DNA of 49,906 nucleotides from Candidatus Aenigmatarchaeota archaeon. Lineage in GTDB: Archaea; Aenigmatarchaeota; Aenigmatarchaeia; GW2011-AR5; JACRMX01. Positions 8,559 through 17,288 of this stretch are shown here, piece after piece. How positions within the stretch are numbered: the stretch's first letter is position 1; every line of letters begins with the position of its first letter. The stretch spans positions 1-49,906 of the forward strand of contig JACRMX010000003.1 in the NCBI GenBank assembly GCA_016219485.1. The letters run 5' to 3'. The notes beneath the pieces are model-generated. The model saw nothing but the letters and a program-made list of their open reading frames with translations. It ran no database searches and was not told the DNA's origin. A program made the translations under genes and the position numbers.

Positions 8559-8767
8559 CAGTAGATAAAGTATGGAATACTTTACAAGCAGAACCTTTGG
8601 TTCTGCTGTACATTAGAATACCTTTGGTATTCTATGTATCAGAAAGCTATGCTTTCTGAATACACCAAAAGCTTCGCTTTTGGTTGTATCTCTGCATCAA
8701 ATTCCTCAGAAAATTCATTCCAAAGGAATTTGCTTGTGATCAGAATTCCACCAGCCTGTTGACTGGC
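8559..8767. repeat. Hairpin-array repeat (at least 6 hairpins)
   Basis: Hairpins include gcagaacc-tttg-ggttctgc, agaatacc-tttg-ggtattct, cagaaagc-tat-gctttctg, caccaaaagc-ttc-gcttttggtt and ccagcc-tgtt-gactgg. It shares the cagtagataaagt leader and the cagaaagc and tgtt-loop modules with 15178-15530. Confidence 0.8.
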
Positions 8768-8803
8768 AATAATTATTAATAGATAATTTTTCCAGCAATA
8801 TTT

Positions 8804-9424
8804 TCAGACTTCAAAGGTAAGTATCTTCGTATCCAGGTCTTCTAACCTGAATTTATAATAAGTTGGGTCCGTCCTTCCATAATCTCTCTGAAACCTTACA
8901 AACTCTCCGGTCTCATCTCGTTCTAAAAAAACTTCTTCAATGGTAGGATCCCATGGGGCATATTTTATTCTCCCTTCTGGCCTGTATTCTATCCATTGAA
9001 CACCATCAAGTCTCCTGTATGTTATTCTCCATAAAAAATCGTAAACATCTTCGTCTATGGAATAGTGTGAGCCTGGATAGTCTGAAAAAGAATCTGAATC
9101 TGTGATGCCAAACATGGTAAATAATTTCCTTCTAAAATCTTTGAAATCGGATGTATCCCATACGTTCTTTTCTTGTCTATTATCACTCTGCATTGGACGA
9201 TATATTCTTAGCAAATAATATCGTGCTAACTGTCCAATAGGTTCATCGCTCTGTATCAGACAATATAATCCTACTAACTGTATAATATCTTCTGTAGGCA
9301 ATTCTCTACTTTCTCTTAATAAGCCTTTTTCATGGGAATAAGAAAAAGTTACACTCAAATCTGGATGCCCTTCACATCCATCGCTATGCCCATGCTCATA
9401 TAAATATAGAGTTATCCCTTTCAT
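8804..9424 (-). CDS. Hypothetical protein (206 aa)
   Basis: Long ORF with an acidic, aromatic-rich composition. No recognisable motif. Confidence 0.5.
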   Translation of the reverse strand: MKGITLYLYEHGHSDGCEGHPDLSVTFSYSHEKGLLRESRELPTEDIIQLVGLYCLIQSDEPIGQLARYYLLRIYRPMQSDNRQEKNVWDTSDFKDFRRKLFTMFGITDSDSFSDYPGSHYSIDEDVYDFLWRITYRRLDGVQWIEYRPEGRIKYAPWDPTIEEVFLERDETGEFVRFQRDYGRTDPTYYKFRLEDLDTKILTFEV

Positions 9425-9529
9425 AATAATTTAATTTTACAGGTAAAAATATAAAGCAGCTTCTATGATTGCTTTTTCTACTTAAGAAACTGCTACAAGC
9501 AAATCGCTTCTCTATGAATTCTTGAGCGA

Positions 9530-9672
9530 TTCATTAGAATTGCAAAGCAATTCATTAGAAATTCCGAAGGAATTTCTATGCACAGGAACGCAAAGCTTTC
9601 CTGATGCTATGCATGGAAAAAACTTTGTTTTTTCCAATGTGATGCATAAGATAAAGTTATAAACTTTATCTT
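9530..9672. repeat. Hairpin-array repeat, homologous to the left half of 37487-37728
   Basis: An about 110-nt segment starting cattagaattgcaaagcaattcattagaaattcc... is about 90 percent identical to 37505-37612. It holds five hairpins. Confidence 0.85.
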
Positions 9673-9699
9673 AATGAAATGATTTTGCGGATTTGATTT

Positions 9700-9858
9700 T
9701 CAGTGGTACATGAAATCCAGCACCATTTCTATTATCATCAGGATGCCTATGAGACTGAGAAGCAGTGGCGCTACTGTCTCGCCAGCAAAGCCCCTGGTTA
9801 TCAGGTATATGGCTACTACCAGCATAAGAATGCTCACAGCTATTTTTATTAGCACCAT
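9700..9858 (-). CDS. Small two-TM membrane protein (52 aa), not in the ORF track
   Basis: Manual translation gives MVLIKIAVSILMLVVAIYLITRGFAGETVAPLLLSLIGILMIIEMVLDFMYH. It sits just downstream of rpiB on the same strand and is more plausible than the plus-strand ORF 9710-9895. Confidence 0.4.
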   Translation of the reverse strand: MVLIKIAVSILMLVVAIYLITRGFAGETVAPLLLSLIGILMIIEMVLDFMYH

Positions 9859-9891
9859 AGTTATCGGGTTATTCTTATGTATTGCTGGTTT

Positions 9892-10323
9892 TTAAGCTTT
9901 AGCTAATTTTTTTATCCTGCTGATATGCCGCTCGTCGTTGCTGAATTCTGTACCAAGCCATGCGTAAACAATGGATTTTGCCTTGTCCTCTGTTAGTTCG
10001 CGGCTGCCAAGGCAGAGAACATTGGCATCATTGTGGCTGCGGCTCGTCACAGCTGTGCTTTCATTCCAGCAGAGCGCTGCGCGCGCGCCAAGCCTGTTGG
10101 CAGCCATTGCCATGCCGATGCCTGTACCACATATCAGTATAGCGCGCTCGCGCATGCCAGAAACAACGCTGGCAGCTATGTCCGGGTAGTCCACAGGCTT
10201 TGTACTGTCTGTCCCGTAATCGTTGCATTCATGACCCCATTCATTCAGCCAGAGCTTCACTTTTTCCTGGAGCTGATAACCTGCGTGGTCAGCGCCAAGT
10301 GCTATGTGCATAGTGCTATCCAC
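9892..10323 (-). CDS. rpiB: Ribose-5-phosphate isomerase B (RpiB/LacA/LacB family)
   Basis: Carries IALGADHAGY, ICGTGIGMAMAANR and SRSHNDANVL, which are family hallmarks. Confidence 0.85.
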   Translation of the reverse strand: MDSTMHIALGADHAGYQLQEKVKLWLNEWGHECNDYGTDSTKPVDYPDIAASVVSGMRERAILICGTGIGMAMAANRLGARAALCWNESTAVTSRSHNDANVLCLGSRELTEDKAKSIVYAWLGTEFSNDERHISRIKKLAKA

Positions 10324-10362
10324 CTGCTAAACTTTTAATAATTCATCTGCAATAATAACATA

Positions 10363-10635
10363 ATGCCTGTTTCAGTTGAAAAAGTTGCAAAGGCAGCGCG
10401 CCTCAATCTCACGCCTGACGAAAAAAAGCGCTTCCAGAAAGATATGGATAGCATCGTTGAAGCATTCTCGCTGCTGGACGAAGTCAAAGCTGACTGCGAG
10501 CCCAGCTTCCAACCTCTTCCTGTAAAGGGTACGCTGCGCAGCGACAGCGAAGAAAAAAGCCTTTCACAGAAGGACGCGCTGGCAAACACAAAGCACAAGG
10601 AGCGCGGATATTTCAAAGGCCCGAGGGCTGTTTAG
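10363..10635 (+). CDS. gatC: Asp/Glu-tRNA amidotransferase subunit C
   Basis: 90 aa with VEKVAKAARLNLTPDEKKRFQKDMDSIVEAF. It lies upstream of gatA and gatB. Confidence 0.8.
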   Translation: MPVSVEKVAKAARLNLTPDEKKRFQKDMDSIVEAFSLLDEVKADCEPSFQPLPVKGTLRSDSEEKSLSQKDALANTKHKERGYFKGPRAV

Positions 10636-10712
10636 ATGAGCTATCCTGGTTCGTGGCAGTCTTGAGCTATCCCGGTTAGTTGCAGTCTCCATGTTTACGC
10701 TACTAAGCGATA

Positions 10713-11570
10713 ATGATTAAACTTAAATGCTTTGCTGTTATAAAATTCTGCATGGCAATAGAAACGCCGACAATGGTAACTGTTTCAAGAATAGAGATTT
10801 ACGGAGTGGGAAGGCTGTTAGGATTAAAGAGATACGGCCCACACGTATTGGAAGGTCAGATAGGCACGGGCATAACAAATTTTGGTTCTAAGTTAAGTGA
10901 TACAATCAGTAGAGAAATAACTTTGGCTGACCAAAACACTCTTTTTCAGGCATATCTTATGCACAAATTCTGCAAAATGCAGCTTCCGGATAATATGAGG
11001 GGCGTTGTCTACAGGCTGTTTGATAAGCCGGGAAGCGGTAATAAGACAAGCGATGTTGTTGATTACAACAAAGGCGACACAGGCATGAAGAGGGCCAAGG
11101 ATACGGACAGGCGTGTCCTATGGGTCAGGGGCGTAGGCGAATTCTATCGAGACGAAGACGGCAGTGTAATATACAAAATGCGGGATGATGGGCATGAATT
11201 TTATAAAATACTTCCCTGCACGGGCTTTAATGAATGGACATGTGACGGTGGATGGGATCCGGAAACAGGGTTTGCATTCTCAACCAACCCAGACAGAAAA
11301 GCTGCTGTCAGGACATGGACAAGCAAAGGTTTCCCAGAAAATTTTGCAGAAGAGATGGTATCATACTCATATACAACAAATGAAGGTGAAGGTGTCGCTG
11401 GCGTTGGCCGCAGATATTTCGTCGGTGACGATGGTCGTTTCAGCGTCTTCGCGGGCTGGATTCCCGGGGAGTGGGATCACAACATCGGCTCGTTCCCGCG
11501 AGTAGGTCGCCGAGCGGAGCGAGGCACGCCGCAAGAACGTGATGCTACAACCGAAACGAACATGGGCTAA
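10713..11570 (+). CDS. Hypothetical protein inserted between gatC and gatA
   Basis: 285 aa ORF that is Gly/Asp/Trp-rich. No recognisable motif. Start uncertain. Confidence 0.45.
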   Translation: MIKLKCFAVIKFCMAIETPTMVTVSRIEIYGVGRLLGLKRYGPHVLEGQIGTGITNFGSKLSDTISREITLADQNTLFQAYLMHKFCKMQLPDNMRGVVYRLFDKPGSGNKTSDVVDYNKGDTGMKRAKDTDRRVLWVRGVGEFYRDEDGSVIYKMRDDGHEFYKILPCTGFNEWTCDGGWDPETGFAFSTNPDRKAAVRTWTSKGFPENFAEEMVSYSYTTNEGEGVAGVGRRYFVGDDGRFSVFAGWIPGEWDHNIGSFPRVGRRAERGTPQERDATTETNMG

Positions 11571-11618
11571 TTTCATTGGTTAATTTCTTTTATAAATATT
11601 ATCCGATAATTCTTAGTT

Positions 11619-12998
11619 ATGGGTTATAATATTTCTGTTTCAGAATTTCTCGAAAGCCGGGACATAGACTACGGGGATTTTGTTGCCTATGTCAATGCTG
11701 AAACCAGGCGGCTGAACAGCAAGCTTTTCTTTTTTCAGTCAGTATGCGAGCTTAAGACTGTAGAACAGAACGGAAAGCTTTCTGGCCTGCCTGTGTCTGT
11801 AAAGGACTGCATATGCACAAAAGGCATCCAGAGCAGTGCCGGCTCTGCCATACTGGAAGGCTACAAGCCACCTTTTGACGCCACTGTTGTTTCTGCCATA
11901 AAGAACGAAGGCAGCCAGATCCTTGGCAAAACCAACCAGGATGAATTTGGCTTTGGCACGTTTTCTGTAAACTCAGGCTATGGCGTACCTAAAAATCCTC
12001 TTGACCCTGAGCGCACATGCGGAGGAAGCAGCGGCGGCGCAGGCGGAATAACAGCTGCTGCAACGTTTCCGCACATAGCGCTTGCTGAGAGCACAGGCGG
12101 CTCAATATCATGCCCTGCTTCATTCTGCGGTGTTGTTGGGCTTACGCCGACTTATGGTCTCGTTTCGCGCTATGGCCTCATAGATTATGCCAACAGCTTA
12201 GACAAGATCGGGCCTATGGGAAAAACCGTGGACGATGTTGCTCTTATGCTTTCCATAATAGCAGGGTATGATGAAATGGACTCAACATCGCTGCCAGAGA
12301 AACAGAAGCATTACAGCACAGAAGGCGGAATAAAGGGCATGGTAATTGGCGTGCCCAAGGAATATTTTGAAAACGTGGATGAGCAGGTCAGCAAAAGCGT
12401 GTGGAACACAATAAAGAAAATGGAATCAGCTGGCGCATCGTATGTAGAAATATCACTGCCAAGCACAAAATACGCGCTTTCAGCTTATTATATAATTGCA
12501 ACAGCTGAAGCGTCCACAAATCTGGCCCGTTACTGCGGACTGAGATATGGCTTGCATAGCGAACTCAAGGAAGGGCAGAGCTTCAATGAATACTATGCAA
12601 AAACAAGGAGCGCAGGCTTTGGAGAAGAAGCAAAACGCAGAATTATACTTGGAACATTCGCAAGGATGTCAGGCTACCGTGACCAGTACTACATGAAAGC
12701 GCTGAAGGTTAGAACGCTGGTGATAAACGAATTCAAAAAAGCATTCAAAAAATGCGATCTTCTAGCTGCGCCAACCATGCCCATAACAGCGCCTAAATTT
12801 TCTGACATTCAAAAATTAACGCCACTGGAAAACTATCAGATGGATGTGCTCACTGTGCCGCCCAATCTGGCAGGCATTCCGATGCTTTCAGTGCCATGTA
12901 GTTCTGGAAAGCTGCCTGTCGGCATGCACCTCATGGCAGACTACCTGCAAGAAGAGCGCCTGTTGAAAGCTGGCAAAGTTGTGGAGGCTGTGAAATGA
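11619..12998 (+). CDS. gatA: Glu/Asp-tRNA amidotransferase subunit A (amidase signature family)
   Basis: Carries GLPVSVKDCICTKG, GGSSGGAGG and STGGSISCPASFCGVVGLTPTYG. Confidence 0.9.
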   Translation: MGYNISVSEFLESRDIDYGDFVAYVNAETRRLNSKLFFFQSVCELKTVEQNGKLSGLPVSVKDCICTKGIQSSAGSAILEGYKPPFDATVVSAIKNEGSQILGKTNQDEFGFGTFSVNSGYGVPKNPLDPERTCGGSSGGAGGITAAATFPHIALAESTGGSISCPASFCGVVGLTPTYGLVSRYGLIDYANSLDKIGPMGKTVDDVALMLSIIAGYDEMDSTSLPEKQKHYSTEGGIKGMVIGVPKEYFENVDEQVSKSVWNTIKKMESAGASYVEISLPSTKYALSAYYIIATAEASTNLARYCGLRYGLHSELKEGQSFNEYYAKTRSAGFGEEAKRRIILGTFARMSGYRDQYYMKALKVRTLVINEFKKAFKKCDLLAAPTMPITAPKFSDIQKLTPLENYQMDVLTVPPNLAGIPMLSVPCSSGKLPVGMHLMADYLQEERLLKAGKVVEAVK

Positions 12999-13513
12999 AA
13001 TTCAAAGAAGGAAAAATAATTGAAAAATTCAAAGCAGACGGAAAGGAAATAATTTTCAGGTTTCCGAAGAAATCTGATGCCAATAGGCTGAGGAAATACA
13101 TCAATGAACTCATAGATGAAAAGGCCTACATTGGCAAGCAGAAAAAAGTCACAAAAAAACAGGAAATTGAGTATGTTAAAAATAATCTGAAAGAAATTCG
13201 CAAGAAAGAGCGCATAGAAATCATAGCTGAACATGATGAAAAAATAATCGGAAATTCAAGCATATGGAAAAGCAGATTAGGCTACAGGGAAATGGGCATA
13301 GGAACAAAACTGCTTGAGCTTCTGATATCCATGGCAAAAAAAGAGCTCAAAGCCAGAATAGTCAGGCTGGATGTTTATGCAGACAATCCACGAGCAAAGC
13401 ATGTTTATGAGAATATAGGATTCAGGAAAATTGGTCGCATACCCAAAGGCTGCAAGCGCCAGAATGGAAGATACTACGATGATATAATCATGATTAATGA
13501 GGTGTGGAAATGA
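12995..13513 (+). CDS. GNAT-family N-acetyltransferase
   Basis: Motif A-like YREMGIGTKLLELL and NPRAKHVYENIGF. It overlaps the gatA stop and the gatB start. Confidence 0.65.
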   Translation: MKFKEGKIIEKFKADGKEIIFRFPKKSDANRLRKYINELIDEKAYIGKQKKVTKKQEIEYVKNNLKEIRKKERIEIIAEHDEKIIGNSSIWKSRLGYREMGIGTKLLELLISMAKKELKARIVRLDVYADNPRAKHVYENIGFRKIGRIPKGCKRQNGRYYDDIIMINEVWK

Positions 13514-14889
13514 TAAAAATAGGGCTTGAAATTCACTGCGCGCTGTCGTGCACAAAAACAAAGCTGTTCTGCGGGTGTCCGAACAGGGTCGTGGGCGAGC
13601 CAAACACAATAACATGCCCTGCATGTCTCGGCCTTCCAGGAAGCAAGCCCCGTGTGAACGCTGCAGCAATAGAAGCAGGGATAAAGATAGGGCTGGCGCT
13701 GAACTGTAAATTTCCCAAAGAAATTTTCTTTTCTCGAAAACAATACTTTTACAATGACCTGCCGAAGAACTTCCAGATAACGCAGTATGAAATACCGCTT
13801 GGAAAAGACGGGTTCTTTGAAACCCAGGAAAAGAGGATAGGAATAACAAGAATACACCTGGAAGAGGACCCGGGCAAAATCATTCACGCAGGAGGGGATA
13901 TGATAAAGGCTGACTACACGCTCATAGACTACAACCGCTCTGGTGTTCCGCTGTGCGAAATCGTTACAGAGCCTGACCTGCGCTCTGCACAGGAGGCGCG
14001 CATCTTTCTCGAAGAGCTTTCAAGAGTTTTGGAATATCTGGAAGTTTATGACTCTGGACGTGAAGGTGCATTGCGCGTGGACACAAATGTCTCTTCAGGA
14101 AGCGAAAGGGTTGAAGTCAAGAACATATCTTCTTTCAGGGATGTTGAAAAGGCGATTGAATATGAAATAAAGAGGCAGGCAAAAATAATAGAAAAAGGCA
14201 GCAAGGTTGTACGGGAAACGCGCGCATGGAATGGCAGCCAGACCGTCTCGCTGCGGGAAAAAGAGGCTGAAGAAGAGTATGGTTACATATTTGAGCCGGA
14301 CCTCACAAGAACAGCAATAGACGAGAAGGCTGTAAAATCGCTGAAAAAAACGCTTCCGGAAATGGCAGCTGACAAAGTAAAGCGGTACCAGAAAGAATTC
14401 AGGCTTTCCAGAGAAACCGCAGAGTCCATAACATCTGACCTGCATCTGGCGCGCATGTTCGAAACAGTGGTAAAGGATGTCGAACCGAAGCTTGCAGGAA
14501 GCTGGCTTGCTGTGCAGGTGCCAAAAACGCTAAACTACAATAACCTCAGAATAAAAGACAGCGGACTCAGACCAGAGCACCTGATTAAGTTATTAAAGCT
14601 TGTAGAACATGAAAAGATAACTGAGAAGACGGCAGAAGAAACCCTGCGAAAGATAGTGCTTAATCCACAGGACCCTGAAAATCTTGTAAAGGACATGGCA
14701 AAGATATTCGATAAAAAAGAACTCGAGGATGCTGTCAACGAAGTCCTGGCAAGCCATCCAAAGGCTATCATTGACTTCAAAAGCGGCAAAAAAGAGGCTT
14801 TAAACTTTTTAATGGGCCAGGTCATGAGAAAGACAAAAGGAAGAGGCGACTCTGCGACAATAAGGGATATTTTAAAAAAGAGGTTGTAA
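13504..14889 (+). CDS. gatB: Asp/Glu-tRNA amidotransferase subunit B
   Basis: Carries GLEIHC, CPACLGLPGSKP, HLEEDPGK, DYNRSGVPLCEIVTEPD and a C-terminal GatB/YqeY-like tail. Confidence 0.9.
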   Translation: MEMIKIGLEIHCALSCTKTKLFCGCPNRVVGEPNTITCPACLGLPGSKPRVNAAAIEAGIKIGLALNCKFPKEIFFSRKQYFYNDLPKNFQITQYEIPLGKDGFFETQEKRIGITRIHLEEDPGKIIHAGGDMIKADYTLIDYNRSGVPLCEIVTEPDLRSAQEARIFLEELSRVLEYLEVYDSGREGALRVDTNVSSGSERVEVKNISSFRDVEKAIEYEIKRQAKIIEKGSKVVRETRAWNGSQTVSLREKEAEEEYGYIFEPDLTRTAIDEKAVKSLKKTLPEMAADKVKRYQKEFRLSRETAESITSDLHLARMFETVVKDVEPKLAGSWLAVQVPKTLNYNNLRIKDSGLRPEHLIKLLKLVEHEKITEKTAEETLRKIVLNPQDPENLVKDMAKIFDKKELEDAVNEVLASHPKAIIDFKSGKKEALNFLMGQVMRKTKGRGDSATIRDILKKRL

Positions 14890-14891
14890 TA

Positions 14892-15167
14892 ATGTCAGCA
14901 CCATATAAAAGAGGATACCACCACACAAAATCCAAAGGTCAGGAATCCCATGTAAACTGCCAGTTCTGCGGCAGGACTGTTCCGAGATGGAAAACCTTTA
15001 CCTCGTACAGGGGATTCAGGCTTAATGACCCTGTTTTGAGAAAGCAGATAGACAGGCGGTTTGTTTCGTCCTTTGTGCGAAAGATGTACGTCTGCCCTGC
15101 CTGCGCAAGGCACCGCGGAATAGTGAAGGTTGGTAGAAGCAGAAAATCCAGAGCCACGAAATACTGA
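14892..15167 (+). CDS. rps26e: Ribosomal protein eS26
   Basis: HVNCQFCGRTVPRWK and YVCPACARHRGIVKV align with the eukaryotic/archaeal S26e zinc-ribbon pattern (HVxxxxCxxCxRxVP ... CxxCAxH). Confidence 0.7.
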   Translation: MSAPYKRGYHHTKSKGQESHVNCQFCGRTVPRWKTFTSYRGFRLNDPVLRKQIDRRFVSSFVRKMYVCPACARHRGIVKVGRSRKSRATKY

Positions 15168-15177
15168 TTTCTATTTC

Positions 15178-15530
15178 CAGTAGATAAAGTGGAATAGATG
15201 ACTTTGAAATCTTGCATTCCACTAGTCTATAGGACTAGTGGTGGAATGCGGGATGCAAGAACCACTGTAACATTGTAATGTTCGGAAAGCCTACTTTCCG
15301 ACATGTCAGAAAGCTTTGCTTTCTGAACATAGCAGCATTTTGATGAGTTCGGGATGCCACTGGTCTGTTGACCAGTGGTTCTTCACAAACCCCGTTTTTT
15401 TACAATACGCATGTAGTTTTTTTCTCTTTCCCCCTGAAATATAAGGGGAAAGAGAAAAAAACGTTCTGACAAAACATTAGGAAAGCGAGGATTTTCTGAT
15501 AAATTCCTTCAGAACTCGGAAGGAATTTGT
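15178..15530. repeat. Largest hairpin-array repeat (at least 9 hairpins, including the 16-bp TTTTTTCTCTTTCCCC/GGGGAAAGAGAAAAAA hairpin)
   Basis: Hairpins include cactagtc-tatag-gactagtg, aacatt-gt-aatgtt, cggaaag-ccta-ctttccg, cagaaagc-ttt-gctttctg, ccactggtc-tgtt-gaccagtgg, the big hairpin at 15418-15461, and aattccttc-agaactcg-gaaggaatt. Confidence 0.85.
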
Positions 15531-15578
15531 TTGTCCAGTAAAAGATAATTTATATAGAACCCGCGCTATTTATTTATT

Positions 15579-17288
15579 ATGCGCAGTGAACAAACGCCTA
15601 TGCTTAAAAAAATAAAATCCATGCGCGGCGTTCTTTACAGAAAAATCATGGAAAGAAGGAAGCCGCCTGAGCCTGCTGCAGAAAAATCAAGGGCAGGCAC
15701 AATGCTTGAAATTATGAGAAAAGGCCATGAAAGAAAGCAGGCTAAAAAGTCGAAAAAAACCAGGCGCGTTTACCCAAAATTCAGGGTAGAAGAACGCGAA
15801 AAGTTTATACTCTCCTCGTGGAACAAAAGCAGGCCAATGATATATCCGCTCATAAAGCCCTATGCGTACACCAATATACGATGGAACCCTGCGGAAAACG
15901 CGGTTGTTTATAATCTGATTGAGCCCAACCTGACGCCAAAAGAATCAGAAATGCTTCATAAAATCAAAGAAGGGCTTGTTCAGGTGATAAACGTAAGCCT
16001 TGACAAAGTAAAGAAATCCGGGGAAATGATGGGTTTTCTTGAGGAAAGCGTCCAGAGCCTGCTGGATGACTATGGCTATGAGCTCGGTGATGACCAGTAC
16101 CTGAAAATAATGTACTATGTATACAGGGATTATACAGGGCTGAACGAAATAGAGCCTCTGCTGAATGACCCGTACATAGAAGACATTTCATGCGATGGCG
16201 TAGAAACGCCTATATTTGTGGTGCATCAAAAACTCGGCTCGCTGAAAACAAACATAGTGTTTGAAGAGGACAAAAAGCTGAAGGAATTTGTCGTAAAGCT
16301 TGCTGAGCGTTGCGACCGCTACATAAGCTACGCTGAGCCGCTGCTTGATGGCTCTCTTCCGGACGGAACAAGAGTGCAGGCTTCGCTTGCAGGCGATGTC
16401 ACAACAAGAGGCCCTACTTTTTCAATAAGAAAATTCCCTGAAAAGCCTTTTACCCCTGTGGATATGCTCAAACTTGGAACTGCTTCTCCGGAGATGCTTG
16501 CATATCTCTGGTTTGTGGTTGAAAATGGGGCAAACATTCTTATAGCTGGCGGCACAGCAACAGGAAAAACAAGCTTCCTGAATGCGATATCACTGTTCAT
16601 CAACCCTGAATCCAAGATAGTAAGCATAGAAGACACGAGGGAGCTGAACCTGCCGCATGAAAACTGGGTGCCAGGCGTTTCAAGAATAGGATTTGTTGGT
16701 ACGAAGGTTGGTGAGGTAAGCATGTATGACCTGCTCAGGGAAAGCTTCAGGCAGAACCCGGATTACCTTATAGTAGGAGAAGTCAGGGGCAGGGAAGCTT
16801 CTGTAATGTTTCAGGGAATGGCATCAGGGCATATCAGCATATCAACCATGCACGCAGGCGATGTTGATGACGTCATTAAAAGGCTTATAACAAGGCCAAT
16901 AAGCCTGACACCTTCGCTCATAGAAGTTCTTGATATAGTAATCCTGATGGTCCACGCCAGGGAAAAGGGGAAATCAGCAAGAAGGGTCAAAAAAATAGTT
17001 GAAATTGAAAGCGTCTCTGAAAAGGGGGAGATACGCTCGCATGACATTTTCAACTGGAACCCTGTATCAGACAGCTTTGAATATTCGGGCGATTCAAAAG
17101 TCCTGAAAAAGATGTCTGAAGAAAAGGGTATTTCAATGGAGGGCATAATCAAAGTGATAGATGAAAGAAAGGATGTTCTCACATGGCTTGTCCAGCAGGA
17201 CCATAAAGACTGGAAAGAGGTTGTGAGGCATATGATAGAATACATCAATAAACCGGAAAAAATGATGGAAAAAATAAGAGGCTCCTGA
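15579..17288 (+). CDS. Type IV pilus/archaellum-type secretion ATPase (FlaI/PilB/VirB11 superfamily)
   Basis: Walker A is IAGGTATGKTSFLNA, Walker B region is PDYLIVGEVRG, and there is a His-box-like ISTMHAGD. The N-terminal domain has the YNLIEPNLTP pattern of FlaI-like proteins. Confidence 0.85.
   Translation: MRSEQTPMLKKIKSMRGVLYRKIMERRKPPEPAAEKSRAGTMLEIMRKGHERKQAKKSKKTRRVYPKFRVEEREKFILSSWNKSRPMIYPLIKPYAYTNIRWNPAENAVVYNLIEPNLTPKESEMLHKIKEGLVQVINVSLDKVKKSGEMMGFLEESVQSLLDDYGYELGDDQYLKIMYYVYRDYTGLNEIEPLLNDPYIEDISCDGVETPIFVVHQKLGSLKTNIVFEEDKKLKEFVVKLAERCDRYISYAEPLLDGSLPDGTRVQASLAGDVTTRGPTFSIRKFPEKPFTPVDMLKLGTASPEMLAYLWFVVENGANILIAGGTATGKTSFLNAISLFINPESKIVSIEDTRELNLPHENWVPGVSRIGFVGTKVGEVSMYDLLRESFRQNPDYLIVGEVRGREASVMFQGMASGHISISTMHAGDVDDVIKRLITRPISLTPSLIEVLDIVILMVHAREKGKSARRVKKIVEIESVSEKGEIRSHDIFNWNPVSDSFEYSGDSKVLKKMSEEKGISMEGIIKVIDERKDVLTWLVQQDHKDWKEVVRHMIEYINKPEKMMEKIRGS

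Noticed and set aside
8559-8767. The hairpin arrays (this one and the other loci) were considered as CRISPR arrays.
   Set aside because: The units are individually palindromic and differ in sequence from one another. There is no constant direct repeat alternating with unique spacers.
9710-9895. The plus-strand 61-aa ORF.
   Set aside because: The opposite strand encodes a cleaner 52-aa two-TM protein (9700-9858) co-oriented with rpiB. The plus-strand ORF is probably its mirror.
10637-10688. The 2 x 26-bp imperfect tandem repeat between gatC and the orphan gene was considered as a tRNA fragment (it contains cctggttcg).
   Set aside because: No acceptor or anticodon structure can be built. It is retained only as a note within the gatCAB finding.
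12995-13513. The GNAT gene seems to lack about 20 aa between beta-4 and motif A, and was considered as another interrupted gene.
   Set aside because: The ORF is continuous with no stop or hairpin at that point. A shorter loop is within GNAT family variation, so a deletion or intron cannot be supported without an alignment.
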